From Candidatus Hydrogenedentota bacterium (lineage in GTDB: Bacteria; Hydrogenedentota; Hydrogenedentia; Hydrogenedentales; SLHB01), in contig CAXXYE010000009.1 in the NCBI GenBank assembly GCA_963674865.2, forward strand, positions 384,001-448,000: 64,000 nt of DNA, read 5' to 3'. The notes beneath the pieces were generated by a model that did no database searches, was not told the DNA's origin, and worked only from the letters and a program-made list of their open reading frames with translations. A program made the position numbers and the translations under genes. Below, in pieces: positions 11,110 to 20,066 of the stretch. How positions within the stretch are numbered: the first letter of the stretch is position 1; every line of letters begins with the position of its first letter.

Positions 11110-12063
11110 ATGCGCGCGATGATTGCTCTGACAACGTGCCTCTTGTTGAGTTTGGCGGGCTACGCGGCGGAGTTTGCGTTCGTCGAGCGGCCCGGAGAGA
11201 GCCTCGATATCCAATGCGATGGAAAGACCTGGCTCAGCACGCAGGTGAAGCCTTTCGACGCCGCCCAAGCGGAAGAGACGTACAAGGTGTTCACTCACAT
11301 CTACGACTCAGCTGGGGAAACGCCGATTACCAAGGGCGTGGGAGGCAAGTACACCCATCACCGCGGACTTTTCATCGGCTGGAAAGACACCTTGGTGCCC
11401 TCCGCCGAAGAAGGCGCCGAGCCCATCGACTATGACACGTGGCACATGAAGAACTGCTACCAGCAACATGTGAAGTGGCTTTCCCGGGAAGCCGGCGCCG
11501 ACAGCGCGTCACAGTCCGAGGAAGTCGTCTGGTGCGATCTCGAGGGCAAGCCGTTCATCAAGGAAGTCCGCGCCATCACGGTACGGCCCGGTGAAGACGG
11601 CCTGCGGATCATCGACTTCCAGTCGACGTTGATCTCCGTGGCCGGCCATATCCAACTACGCGGGGATCTCCAGCACGCCGGGATGCAGGTGCGCATGGCC
11701 AACGAAGTGTCCGAGCGTCAGGACACCACTCAATACATCCTCCCCGAAGGCGCCGAAGAACTCGAAAACGACAAAGTGGTCGGGGCATGGTGGGCCTGCT
11801 GTAGCTGCGAGGTTGGGGGAAAGCGGTATTGGCTCGTTCACATGACGCCGAGGGATCATCCGTTTGGCGAGCCCGTGTACTCGATCCGGCGCTACGCGCG
11901 GTTCGGCGCGTTCTTCGAACCGGACCTCGACGAAGGGAAGCCGCTGACCCTGCGATTCCGCGTGGTGGTATCCGAGCGCGAACTTGCCCGGGAAGCCGCT
12001 CAAAACCTGTTCGACGCATATAGTGCGCCGTCGTCCGAGTCCGAAGTCCCTTCCCAGCCGTGA
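11110..12063 (+). CDS. Secreted PmoA-like (DUF6807-type) protein, not a true methane monooxygenase subunit
   Basis: Signal peptide, THHRGLFIGW motif, LTLRFRVVV C-terminus; soluble. Confidence 0.6.
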   Translation: MRAMIALTTCLLLSLAGYAAEFAFVERPGESLDIQCDGKTWLSTQVKPFDAAQAEETYKVFTHIYDSAGETPITKGVGGKYTHHRGLFIGWKDTLVPSAEEGAEPIDYDTWHMKNCYQQHVKWLSREAGADSASQSEEVVWCDLEGKPFIKEVRAITVRPGEDGLRIIDFQSTLISVAGHIQLRGDLQHAGMQVRMANEVSERQDTTQYILPEGAEELENDKVVGAWWACCSCEVGGKRYWLVHMTPRDHPFGEPVYSIRRYARFGAFFEPDLDEGKPLTLRFRVVVSERELAREAAQNLFDAYSAPSSESEVPSQP

Positions 12064-12089
12064 CGCAAGTGCCGGTTGCGCGCGCAACA

Positions 12090-12163
12090 ATCGCCGGATA
12101 ACTCGACGGTGCCGCGCACACGGCGCTTGGATATGACGACGTCCTCTGAAAGCGGCTCACCAG
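12090..12163. repeat. Mosaic repeat locus
   Basis: 12109-12132 is the exact reverse complement of 37480-37503 (24 bp), with similarity running on to 12163; 12090-12107 is identical to 26717-26734. Confidence 0.8.
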
Positions 12164-12310
12164 ATGGGTGAAGCCGGCCATTGCGACAGGCCTTTGTTTC
12201 CAATGACTTGCAGCGCGGCACAATGGGCAACCCGGCCGCCGGGCGTGCCTTCCGGTTGAGCCGTTCGGACTGCAAACGGTACAATGCGCGTATGAGTGGA
12301 GTACGGATGA

Positions 12311-12889
12311 ATGTGCGATAAAGGCTACGTCAACTACTTCGAGATCCTCGGCCTCGACGAGCATGCCAAGCCCGGCGACGTCCGCAAGACGTACCGCCGG
12401 AGAATGAAGGAACTCGTCGGGGAAATCGCGCGCGTCGAGATCACCGAAGAGCGCCGCGCCCATTATCTCCTCGAAATGGCCAAGTTCAACGCCGCGCTCT
12501 ATGTTCTCCGCGACACGCCCATCCGCGAGGCCTACTGGGAGGCCCGGCAGGAAGTCATCGACCTCGAGCGCCAATGGCGCGAATCCGAAGCCTCCGACGA
12601 GGCCGCGGCCCCAAAGCTCCGCCGGACGTTTGATCGAAAAGTGCGTGATTTCCTCTCGAAGTACGTGGAAGAGTTGATGCTGGACGCAGGCCGCGACAAA
12701 GAGTGTGTCGACGCGAGCCATTGGGACGTCGCCCACGAGCGCCATGCCTTCCGCATTCTCCGCCACTACCGCCACCGGCTATACAAAGAGATTCTCGAAC
12801 GCTTGCCCCTCGCGGATGTCACCCCGCTGCAAGTGGACTGGGACAAACGCGCGCGTGTCGTGCGCCAAGTCATCGCGGGGAGCGGATAA
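12311..12889 (+). CDS. J-domain-like protein lacking the HPD motif
   Basis: NYFEILGLDEHAKPGDVRKTYRR ... FNAALYVLRDTPIREAY matches J-domain helices, but there is no HPD. Confidence 0.7.
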   Translation: MCDKGYVNYFEILGLDEHAKPGDVRKTYRRRMKELVGEIARVEITEERRAHYLLEMAKFNAALYVLRDTPIREAYWEARQEVIDLERQWRESEASDEAAAPKLRRTFDRKVRDFLSKYVEELMLDAGRDKECVDASHWDVAHERHAFRILRHYRHRLYKEILERLPLADVTPLQVDWDKRARVVRQVIAGSG

Positions 12890-12892
12890 CAC

Positions 12893-14029
12893 GTGCCACG
12901 AAAAACACGAGACGCCGCGGAAGTCAAGACAGTCGATCCGGAGCTGACGGCCAAAGCCATCGCCAAAGCCGTTTGCGACGGCGACATCGTTAACCTCCGC
13001 TTCCTGTTTCACACCTTCTCTCCCGCGCGGGCCGATTCGCCGGAGCGCTTCGAGACCGATAAGTACGCCTACCTTCTGCCCACGGCCAGAGAGGAAGGAA
13101 CGCTGCCGTTCAAAGAGAGCCTGCAACGCGTCAAGGAGCCCGACGTCTGGGGCCATTGCCAACACGAGCTTGAGGCGTCCCACTCCCCACAGCTTCATGC
13201 CGACCTGCTCCTGCTTCTGGCCGACAACGCGCTCCAGGCCGGGAGATACGCCAGCGCCGCTCAGGCCTACGAGTTGCTCCGCATCCGTGAGCGCATGCAA
13301 GACGAACTCCTCCGGCAGGCGGACGAGGCGTTCGACGGCGGCAACGTGGCCCACGGCGTTCGGGGATACATGATCGCCTCACGGCTCGCCTACGACTATG
13401 CCGCCTTCCCCGAGCCGCTGCCGGCCTTGGCGGACTACCAGAAACGCGCGCTGATGCTCCATGGCGACTACCCGGCTCAGCTTTCGGACTGCCTCGCCAT
13501 GAAAGAAGACGATGCATTTCTCGACGCCGCGCTCTCCTATCTCGTGCTCGATCCCGATGTGGCCGCAAGACTGAAGCAACGCCCCCTCGAGCAGCGCATC
13601 GCCTTCCTCAAGCGCCTCGTCCGCGAAGAGGATCCTGCTTGGGATGAATTCGTCGAGGCCTACGTCGAGGCGTGCCGAGTGACCTCCGACCTCGGAGAAC
13701 GCTGGCGCCCCGGAGATCGCGGATCCGGCGGTACCGGCACGGACCTGGCAAAGGAGATCGCCGGGCAGCTCGCCGACGATCCCATGCGGATTCCGGCGTT
13801 CCTCGTCGGAAGAACGATAGAAGACGGCGAGTGGTGGCAGTACCTCAAGGAACTCGCGTACATGCATCCTGCGGGCGCCCTCTTCGTGGTTCGGCAACTC
13901 GTCGGCGACCGCGAAATCCTCCTGCCGTGCCATAAGCCTGACTCCCCCGTCGCCAAGGAACTTGGCCTCACAAAGGCCCCCGATCCCTTCGCCTGGGCAG
14001 CGGAAGACTCCGGTGCCGGCGGAGACTGA
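12893..14029 (+). CDS. Hypothetical helical protein
   Basis: 378-aa ORF starting 3 bp after the J-like gene; host-like codon usage. Confidence 0.75.
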   Translation: MPRKTRDAAEVKTVDPELTAKAIAKAVCDGDIVNLRFLFHTFSPARADSPERFETDKYAYLLPTAREEGTLPFKESLQRVKEPDVWGHCQHELEASHSPQLHADLLLLLADNALQAGRYASAAQAYELLRIRERMQDELLRQADEAFDGGNVAHGVRGYMIASRLAYDYAAFPEPLPALADYQKRALMLHGDYPAQLSDCLAMKEDDAFLDAALSYLVLDPDVAARLKQRPLEQRIAFLKRLVREEDPAWDEFVEAYVEACRVTSDLGERWRPGDRGSGGTGTDLAKEIAGQLADDPMRIPAFLVGRTIEDGEWWQYLKELAYMHPAGALFVVRQLVGDREILLPCHKPDSPVAKELGLTKAPDPFAWAAEDSGAGGD

Positions 14030-14074
14030 CTCCGTGACAACAGAAGCAGTTTGCAGTTAGGATAATTCTTCCCT

Positions 14075-14710
14075 ATGGGGCTTTTATTGGATCTGCACGT
14101 TCATACCAAACGCCATTCAGCCTGTAGCCAGATCGAGCCGCAGGCGCTCATCGCCCAAGCCGTCAAGAAGGGCCTCGACGGACTCGTCATCACGGAACAC
14201 CACTACCAGTGGACGGAGGAAGAACTCGCCGATCTGCGCGATCGGAGCGATGCCCCCGGCTTTCTCCTCCTCGCCGGATTCGAATGCAGCTCTTCCCAAG
14301 GCGACATCCTCATCTACGGCTTGGAACCGGCCCAAGCCGCGCAGTTTCAGCCCGGCGCACCCCCCGCGGACATCGTCGCCATGGCGTGCGGCATGAACGG
14401 CGTTTGTGTCGGCGCCCATCCCACGAGGGCCGGCATGGGCTTCGATGAACACATTCACGAGCTCTCCCTCGATGCCATCGAGGTGTTAAGCGTCAACATG
14501 CGCGAGCACGAGCAGCGCCTCGCCATGTCACTGGCCCGGGCGTCCGGCCTGCGGCCGCTCGCCGCCAGCGATGCACACCGGATCAACGATGTCGGGCGCT
14601 ACGTCAGCGAATTCGACGACGTCGTAAGATCAACAGCGGATTTGCAGGCGGCGCTTAGGCGTGGTAGATTCCGTCCGGTGGACAATGGCAGACACAGGGC
14701 CGGCCAATGA
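14075..14710 (+). CDS. PHP-domain metal-dependent phosphoesterase
   Basis: DLHVHT, ITEHH, AHP, ASDAH motifs. Confidence 0.88.
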   Translation: MGLLLDLHVHTKRHSACSQIEPQALIAQAVKKGLDGLVITEHHYQWTEEELADLRDRSDAPGFLLLAGFECSSSQGDILIYGLEPAQAAQFQPGAPPADIVAMACGMNGVCVGAHPTRAGMGFDEHIHELSLDAIEVLSVNMREHEQRLAMSLARASGLRPLAASDAHRINDVGRYVSEFDDVVRSTADLQAALRRGRFRPVDNGRHRAGQ

Positions 14711-15372
14711 GCGAAGAGGTCAAAGAAGCACCCGCCGAACAACCGGCGCAGGTGGCTCAAGAGGCTAGGCGCGAGGTTATCGAGTTTGTTAAGCTCGTGT
14801 TCTGGTTTCTCGTACTTTTCTTTGCCCTGAAAACCTACGTCATCGAGGGATACGAGGTACAGGGGCCATCCATGGAACCGGCCCTCTACGACGAACAGCG
14901 CATCCTCGTGTTCAAGCTGCCGCACCTCCTCAGCCGGTTTTCCCCTTTCTCCGGACTCGAGCCCATTAGGCCGGGGGATATCATCGTCTTCAAGAGTCCC
15001 GACGAACCTTCCAAACGCTACGTCAAACGCGTCATTGCCAAGGGCCCGCCACCCCGAAAAGGGGCGGCCGCGGCCGCGCGCAAAGGGGAGGGAGGCTACC
15101 CACCGGGGCAGACGGCAACCGTTAGCATCGACCGCGGCGAGATCTACGTCAACAACCGCCGTATCCCACCCACCAAGATCCTCGGCGGCAGTAGTTGGGA
15201 GCACGAAACCTGCGGCGAGGTCGTTCTTGGCCCGGGCGATTATTTCGTCCTCGGTGACAACCGTGCCATCAGCAAGGACAGCCGCAACTTCGGCGTGGTG
15301 CATTCCGACCAGATCATCGGAAAAGCCGTCGTGCGGTTCTGGCCGCTGGCCGACTCCAGCCTGCTGGAATGA
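14707..15372 (+). CDS. lepB: Signal peptidase I
   Basis: TM, GPSMEPAL (Ser), GDIIVF, YVKRVIA (Lys), FVLGDNRAISKDSRNFG. Confidence 0.95.
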   Translation: MSEEVKEAPAEQPAQVAQEARREVIEFVKLVFWFLVLFFALKTYVIEGYEVQGPSMEPALYDEQRILVFKLPHLLSRFSPFSGLEPIRPGDIIVFKSPDEPSKRYVKRVIAKGPPPRKGAAAAARKGEGGYPPGQTATVSIDRGEIYVNNRRIPPTKILGGSSWEHETCGEVVLGPGDYFVLGDNRAISKDSRNFGVVHSDQIIGKAVVRFWPLADSSLLE

Positions 15373-16166
15373 AGACACTCTTCTTCTCTGACGCCCATCT
15401 TGATGCCAATGCCGGTATGGAAGGAAGGACCGGGCAGTTCATTCGTTTCCTGAGGCGGATTGACCCCACCCAAACCGAGCGGATCGTGTTGCTAGGCGAT
15501 CTATTCGATTTCTGGTTCGAATACAAACATGTGATCTTCTCAGGCTACTTCGACGTCTTGCGCGCCTTCGCCGATCTCCGCGACGCCGGCGTCGAGATGC
15601 ACTTCGTTTGCGGCAATCACGACTTCTGGGCGGGGAGATTCCTATCCGATAACCTCGACTTCATCATCCACAAAGACGCCGCCGTACTCGATCTTGCGGG
15701 GAAACGCGTTCTCATGGTGCACGGCGACGGAGTCAACAAGAGCGACTGGGGATATCGCGTCTACAAGCGGTTTGCCCGCGCCCGGCCGATTGTGTGGCTT
15801 TTCAGCCTCCTGCACCCGGACTGGGCCATGGCCATCGCCCGCGCCGTCTCACACGGTAGCCGCAGCCTCTCCCAGGTTGATGATATTGCCGCCGGCTCGG
15901 AGGCGCGCGCCCTGCGTGAGTTCGCCCGCGAACAACTCGCCTCGGGCGGCGTGGACGTAGTTATCTGCGGCCATTCCCATCATCCCGTGTGCGAAGAACA
16001 TCCCACGCCCGATGGCGCCGGGCTTTACCTCAACACGGGAGATTGGCTCTTGCATCAGTCCTATGTCGTGTGGGACGGCCAGAGCTTTCGGATCGAGCTA
16101 TTTCCCGATCAATCCCCGCACGAAATAGCCCGCGGCGAATCCGGCCCCGGCGGCGACGAGAAGTAG
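15369..16166 (+). CDS. lpxH: UDP-2,3-diacylglucosamine diphosphatase (LpxH-like)
   Basis: SDAHL, LLGDLFDFWFEY, GNHDFW, VHGDG, GHSH, NTGDW. Confidence 0.85.
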   Translation: MKTLFFSDAHLDANAGMEGRTGQFIRFLRRIDPTQTERIVLLGDLFDFWFEYKHVIFSGYFDVLRAFADLRDAGVEMHFVCGNHDFWAGRFLSDNLDFIIHKDAAVLDLAGKRVLMVHGDGVNKSDWGYRVYKRFARARPIVWLFSLLHPDWAMAIARAVSHGSRSLSQVDDIAAGSEARALREFAREQLASGGVDVVICGHSHHPVCEEHPTPDGAGLYLNTGDWLLHQSYVVWDGQSFRIELFPDQSPHEIARGESGPGGDEK

Positions 16167-17018
16167 GAAGAGCCACATCAGCGTGTGCGCGCTCTTGCGG
16201 AAGAAGCGTCTGGCGCGCATGAAGGCCAGCCGGAACGGATTCGGGCTGATAGTGACAACGATCACCGTGATGTTGTCCTTGCCCCCGTTATCATTGGCCC
16301 GCTCGACAAGCCGGTGGGCGATATCCGCCGCCGATCCGCCTTGCGCAAACAGCTCCCGGATCTCCGCATCCTTCACCATATTCACCAGGCCGTCCGAGCA
16401 CATAAGGAGCTTGTCGCCCGGCGCCGCATGCCAGCGGTATTTGTCGACCGGCACCTGAGGGTGCGTGCCCACGCTGCGAGTGACGATATTGCGCCGCCCG
16501 TCCGACTCGGCTTCGGCCTTCGACATCATGCCCAGCCGGACCTGCTCATCCACCCACGAATGATCCTCCGTCTTGGCGATCATTTCTCCATCACGGAGGT
16601 GATAGCAGCGGGAATCCCCCACGTTTCCCACGTAGACCGCCTCCGGCGTCACCACCGCGGCCAGCAGCGTGGTGCCCATCGGGCGGCCGTTCTTGATCAA
16701 ATCCTGATTCGTCTTGTAGATGTTCTCGTTCGCCAGCGTGATGAACTGCTCGACCACCGTGAGAGGCCCCATGTCCTCTCCGGGATTCTCTCCCGGCGGA
16801 GGCGGAGGCTCCTTCAAGGCGTCCTTGACGACGGACACCGCCAACTTGCTGGCAATATCACCTGCCGTGTGCCCGCCCAGCCCGTCCGCAACACACAGCA
16901 AAGCCCCCTCTCTGAAAAGGGTCAGCCCGGGCGTGTTCTCGCGGAAGACACCGTAAAAATCTTCGTTGCTTTTCTTCCGCCGCCCGATATCCGTCTGTGC
17001 CGCAATATCAAGTCGCAT
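16098..17018 (-). CDS. PP2C (Stp1/PrpC-type) Ser/Thr phosphatase with C-terminal TM helix
   Basis: GRRKKSNED, VADGLGGH, GTT, NVGDSR, TEDHS, CSDGL, GGKDNIT. Confidence 0.93.
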   Translation of the reverse strand: MRLDIAAQTDIGRRKKSNEDFYGVFRENTPGLTLFREGALLCVADGLGGHTAGDIASKLAVSVVKDALKEPPPPPGENPGEDMGPLTVVEQFITLANENIYKTNQDLIKNGRPMGTTLLAAVVTPEAVYVGNVGDSRCYHLRDGEMIAKTEDHSWVDEQVRLGMMSKAEAESDGRRNIVTRSVGTHPQVPVDKYRWHAAPGDKLLMCSDGLVNMVKDAEIRELFAQGGSAADIAHRLVERANDNGGKDNITVIVVTISPNPFRLAFMRARRFFRKSAHTLMWLFLLLVAAGAGFAAGYFVRGLIGK

Positions 17019-17189
17019 AGGTGGCCCCCGCCTTCTACATATTACATACCAGACCCCCCCAGTCGGGCGCAACCTGCAAGTTCCGTCATCCACCGGAGCG
17101 CGAGCACTGCCCCCCGCCTTTTCTTCCAAAGCCAGGTAAATAATCGTTTACGCGGCGCGCCGAGACGGCGAAGGCCTATCTTGGACAAG

Positions 17190-17218
17190 TTGACAGCTTC
17201 CCTCAGCCCGGATAGAAT
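17190..17218 (+). promoter_or_regulatory. Near-consensus sigma-70 promoter
   Basis: TTGACA-17 bp-TAGAAT about 40 bp upstream of the ATG at 17260. Confidence 0.75.
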
Positions 17219-17259
17219 GCCTCGCGAGCAGAAGGGGGTCGCCGGAGCGCGTTGCCGGG

Positions 17260-19092
17260 ATGAAACAGTACAATTTTGGCACGTTCACAGTAGATGACTC
17301 GAACCGCGTGGCGTTCGAGACCTGCAGGGATATCGCTAACCTTCGCCCTGTGAGCCCTTTACCCGTTGTGCTCCTTGGCGACCGCGGGTGCGGCAAGACC
17401 CACCTTCTGTACTCAATTGTGAACCGTGTACGCGCAAGTTCCGGCAGAACCGGCCTCGCTTATGTCACCGCCCATGACTTTCCCGAGCAAGTGCGCGCAC
17501 TAATCAGCGACCCGTCCCCCGTGGAACGCGCCGGATCTGCGATACTCCTCGTCGACCAGCTCGAAGGCTTCGACGAATGCGTTGAAGAACTCGACGCCGT
17601 CATTCGCATCTTCCTCGACAATGGCCATTACGTGCTCCTGGCCAGCAATGTCCACCCGGGCCGCCTGCACGCTCTCAGCGAGGAACTGCGCGGCGTGCTG
17701 GCCGCGGGTCACCTTATCGACATCGTCCCCAAGACGGCCGAATCGAAAGCGGAACACGTCTCCGGCGAGATGTGCCGGGAGTACGAAGAACGCATTGCCG
17801 GCCAGCGCAGCGAAATTGAGCGCCTCAAGGAAGCGATGGAGGCTGCGCAGGCGCCTCACGGCACCGGCGATGTGGAGCAGCGTATAGAGACGCTGCAAGG
17901 AGAGAAAGCCCTTCTCGAGGCCGAAGTGGCCGACCTCGGCAGACGGCTATCCCAGACGTCCTCCGAAGTGTCCCACGGCCGGGAGGAATTGCAGCAACTC
18001 CTCACCCGAGTCGAAGCGCTCGTAGGACAGCTTGAAGCGAACCGTGCGCAGGCAAAAAAGCGCGAGCAGGAGCAGGAACGCGAGATTGCCCGCCTCTCCT
18101 CCCTGGTGAATCAAGGCGGACACGCCGCCAAGGCGCCTTCACAGGCCGAACTCAACGGAGTGCTCAAGCAACTGGAGGCCTTACGCGCCGAGTTTGATGC
18201 CGAACGGCGAAACCTCGATCACTCCCTCTCCGAGGCCCGCGAACGCGCCGATGCCGACGTCGGCCGCGCCAAAGCGGAGGTCCGCCGCGCCATGCAGGAG
18301 CGCGACCAGGCCATCGAAGAGCAGCGTCGCGTACTTGAGGCCCTCGACCGCGCCAAGGCCCGGCGCGATGAATACCGCTTGGCGTCCGAACGCGCCAACA
18401 TCGAAGTCGAGAGTCTTCGGATGGATGTGGCCCAGTCCAGAGAGGCGGACGCCAGGCTCCGCGCCGAACTCGAAGAGGCGGCTGCGGCGCGCCGCGCGGC
18501 CGAGGACGAGACGGAACAGCTACGCGCGGCCTTGAACGGACAAGCCGCCGACATGGAGGCCCTGCGCCGTGAAGCGGCGGCCCAAGTCGCCGAAGCGAAC
18601 GCCCACGCGGGCGAGTCGGCCCGTCGGTTGAGCGAGATCTCGACGGAGTTCGACGCGATGCGCGCCATGTGCCGCGATATCGAAACCGAACTTGCCGGCA
18701 TCCTGGCTCGTCAAGCCGCCGAGGCCGAAGCCGCCAAGGAGTTGGTGGCGCGCCTGACAACACACGAGCCGCACACGCCGCCTCCCGCGCCTCCCGAAGA
18801 GAAGGAGCGAATGGAAATGCCCGGGGACGACCTCGAGCAGGAACCTGAGCCTTCGCTCGAGAGTTGGGACGAGGAGGATGGTTCCCCTGTCAAGGCCGTA
18901 CAGGAGGCGGCCGGCCCCGTCCAAGGGCAAGCCGCTCGATTCGTTCCCTTGGATCCGGCCGACTACGCCCTCGGAGATAACGGCAGGAACGATGAGGACG
19001 AAGTCGAGGACGAGCCTGCCCCCGCGCGCAGGGGCCTTGGATTCCTTCACGAGGTAAGCTCCTTCGACGACGAGGTCGACCATTCCATATAG
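17260..19092 (+). CDS. DnaA-type ATPase N-terminal domain fused to long coiled coil and acidic tail
   Basis: YNFGTFTVDDSNRVAF, GDRGCGKTHLL, ILLVDQLE (DnaA domain IIIa pattern), then about 340 aa of E/A/R heptads and an E/D/P tail. Confidence 0.8.
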   Translation: MKQYNFGTFTVDDSNRVAFETCRDIANLRPVSPLPVVLLGDRGCGKTHLLYSIVNRVRASSGRTGLAYVTAHDFPEQVRALISDPSPVERAGSAILLVDQLEGFDECVEELDAVIRIFLDNGHYVLLASNVHPGRLHALSEELRGVLAAGHLIDIVPKTAESKAEHVSGEMCREYEERIAGQRSEIERLKEAMEAAQAPHGTGDVEQRIETLQGEKALLEAEVADLGRRLSQTSSEVSHGREELQQLLTRVEALVGQLEANRAQAKKREQEQEREIARLSSLVNQGGHAAKAPSQAELNGVLKQLEALRAEFDAERRNLDHSLSEARERADADVGRAKAEVRRAMQERDQAIEEQRRVLEALDRAKARRDEYRLASERANIEVESLRMDVAQSREADARLRAELEEAAAARRAAEDETEQLRAALNGQAADMEALRREAAAQVAEANAHAGESARRLSEISTEFDAMRAMCRDIETELAGILARQAAEAEAAKELVARLTTHEPHTPPPAPPEEKERMEMPGDDLEQEPEPSLESWDEEDGSPVKAVQEAAGPVQGQAARFVPLDPADYALGDNGRNDEDEVEDEPAPARRGLGFLHEVSSFDDEVDHSI

Positions 19093-19172
19093 CGCGCGTC
19101 CAGTGCGACTACGTGTCCCCAAATCTCCGGGCCCGCTTGGAAGACGCCGCCGCCCCATGCCATACTCCCCGC

Positions 19173-19742
19173 ATGAACTCATTCCCCGAAAGCGTCATCG
19201 ATCTGTTCGCCTCCATCCATCCTCTGGACCGCGTGGCCCGCGCCGGATTTGTGCTCCGAGGCGTCGCCGAACCGGAGTCCGTCGCGGCGCACAGCCACTT
19301 CCTCGCGCTGATGACTGCCCTCTTTGTCGACGAATATCCCGACCTCTTCGACCGGGGCAAGGCCGTCACCATGGCCCTCATCCACGACCTTCCCGAGGCA
19401 CGAATGATGGACATTCCGCTCCCCGCTGAGGATGCCTACCTCAGGGAGGCCAAAGGCCGAGCGGAGCAAGCCATCATGGAAGATCTGTTCCGGGCGTTCC
19501 CGGAACGCTACAAGCTCTACCAGGAGGAGCTGATGGCTGCGGCCAGTCCCGAAGCCCGCCTTGTCCGTGGACTCGATAAGGCCCAGATGATGGTGAAAGT
19601 GCTGATGTACGAGCGCGAAGGCCGCGGGCGCCTCGATGAATTCTGGGAAAACCCCCGCAATTTCGCCGATTACGGCCTCGATCCCGTGTCCGCCTTATTC
19701 GACGCTATCTGCGCTCGTGCCGGACGCTCCCGTCCCCGGTAG
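19173..19742 (+). CDS. HD-domain hydrolase (YfbR/HDDC2-like 5'-deoxynucleotidase)
   Basis: RAGF, ESVAAHS, ALIHDLPEA, LDKAQM. Confidence 0.88.
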   Translation: MNSFPESVIDLFASIHPLDRVARAGFVLRGVAEPESVAAHSHFLALMTALFVDEYPDLFDRGKAVTMALIHDLPEARMMDIPLPAEDAYLREAKGRAEQAIMEDLFRAFPERYKLYQEELMAAASPEARLVRGLDKAQMMVKVLMYEREGRGRLDEFWENPRNFADYGLDPVSALFDAICARAGRSRPR

Positions 19743-19774
19743 TCCCGCCCCCGGCGGGAGGCCACAAAGCGGGG

Positions 19775-19882
19775 GATATTGAATTGGACGCCGACACGAC
19801 CTTTGAGACGGAGCGTCTGCTGCTCAGGCCGCTCACCATGGATGACCTGCCCGCGGTATTCGAGCGAACGGCGCCTTCTTGA
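19775..19882 (+). pseudogene. N-terminal remnant of RimJ/RimL-type GNAT acetyltransferase
   Basis: Manual translation DIELDADTTFETERLLLRPLTMDDLPAVFERTAPS*; ETERLxLRPL..DD is the usual start of this family. Confidence 0.55.
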
Positions 19883-20066
19883 CAGGCACTGGGGATTCGC
19901 ACCCCATTTGCCGGCGATGAATGAAGTGAGGGTGGATTTACAATACGCCGAATCTGTTTTGTTTAGGGGAACAAAGGGCAGAGGAGGTCGTTCGCCCGGC
20001 CTCCGGAGTTCTTGTGCGGGAATGAATAGCGCTGCTATCCTGTGATCAAGGCGAGGAGGGCTGGCG

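Noticed and set aside
11110..12063. Particulate methane monooxygenase subunit
   Set aside because: Soluble secreted protein with no pmoCAB context; the family name is misleading
17260..19092. Annotation as dnaA or hda
   Set aside because: Lacks the DNA-binding domain IV, sensor II region and arginine finger, and has no Hda clamp-binding motif (QLxLF-like) at the N-terminus
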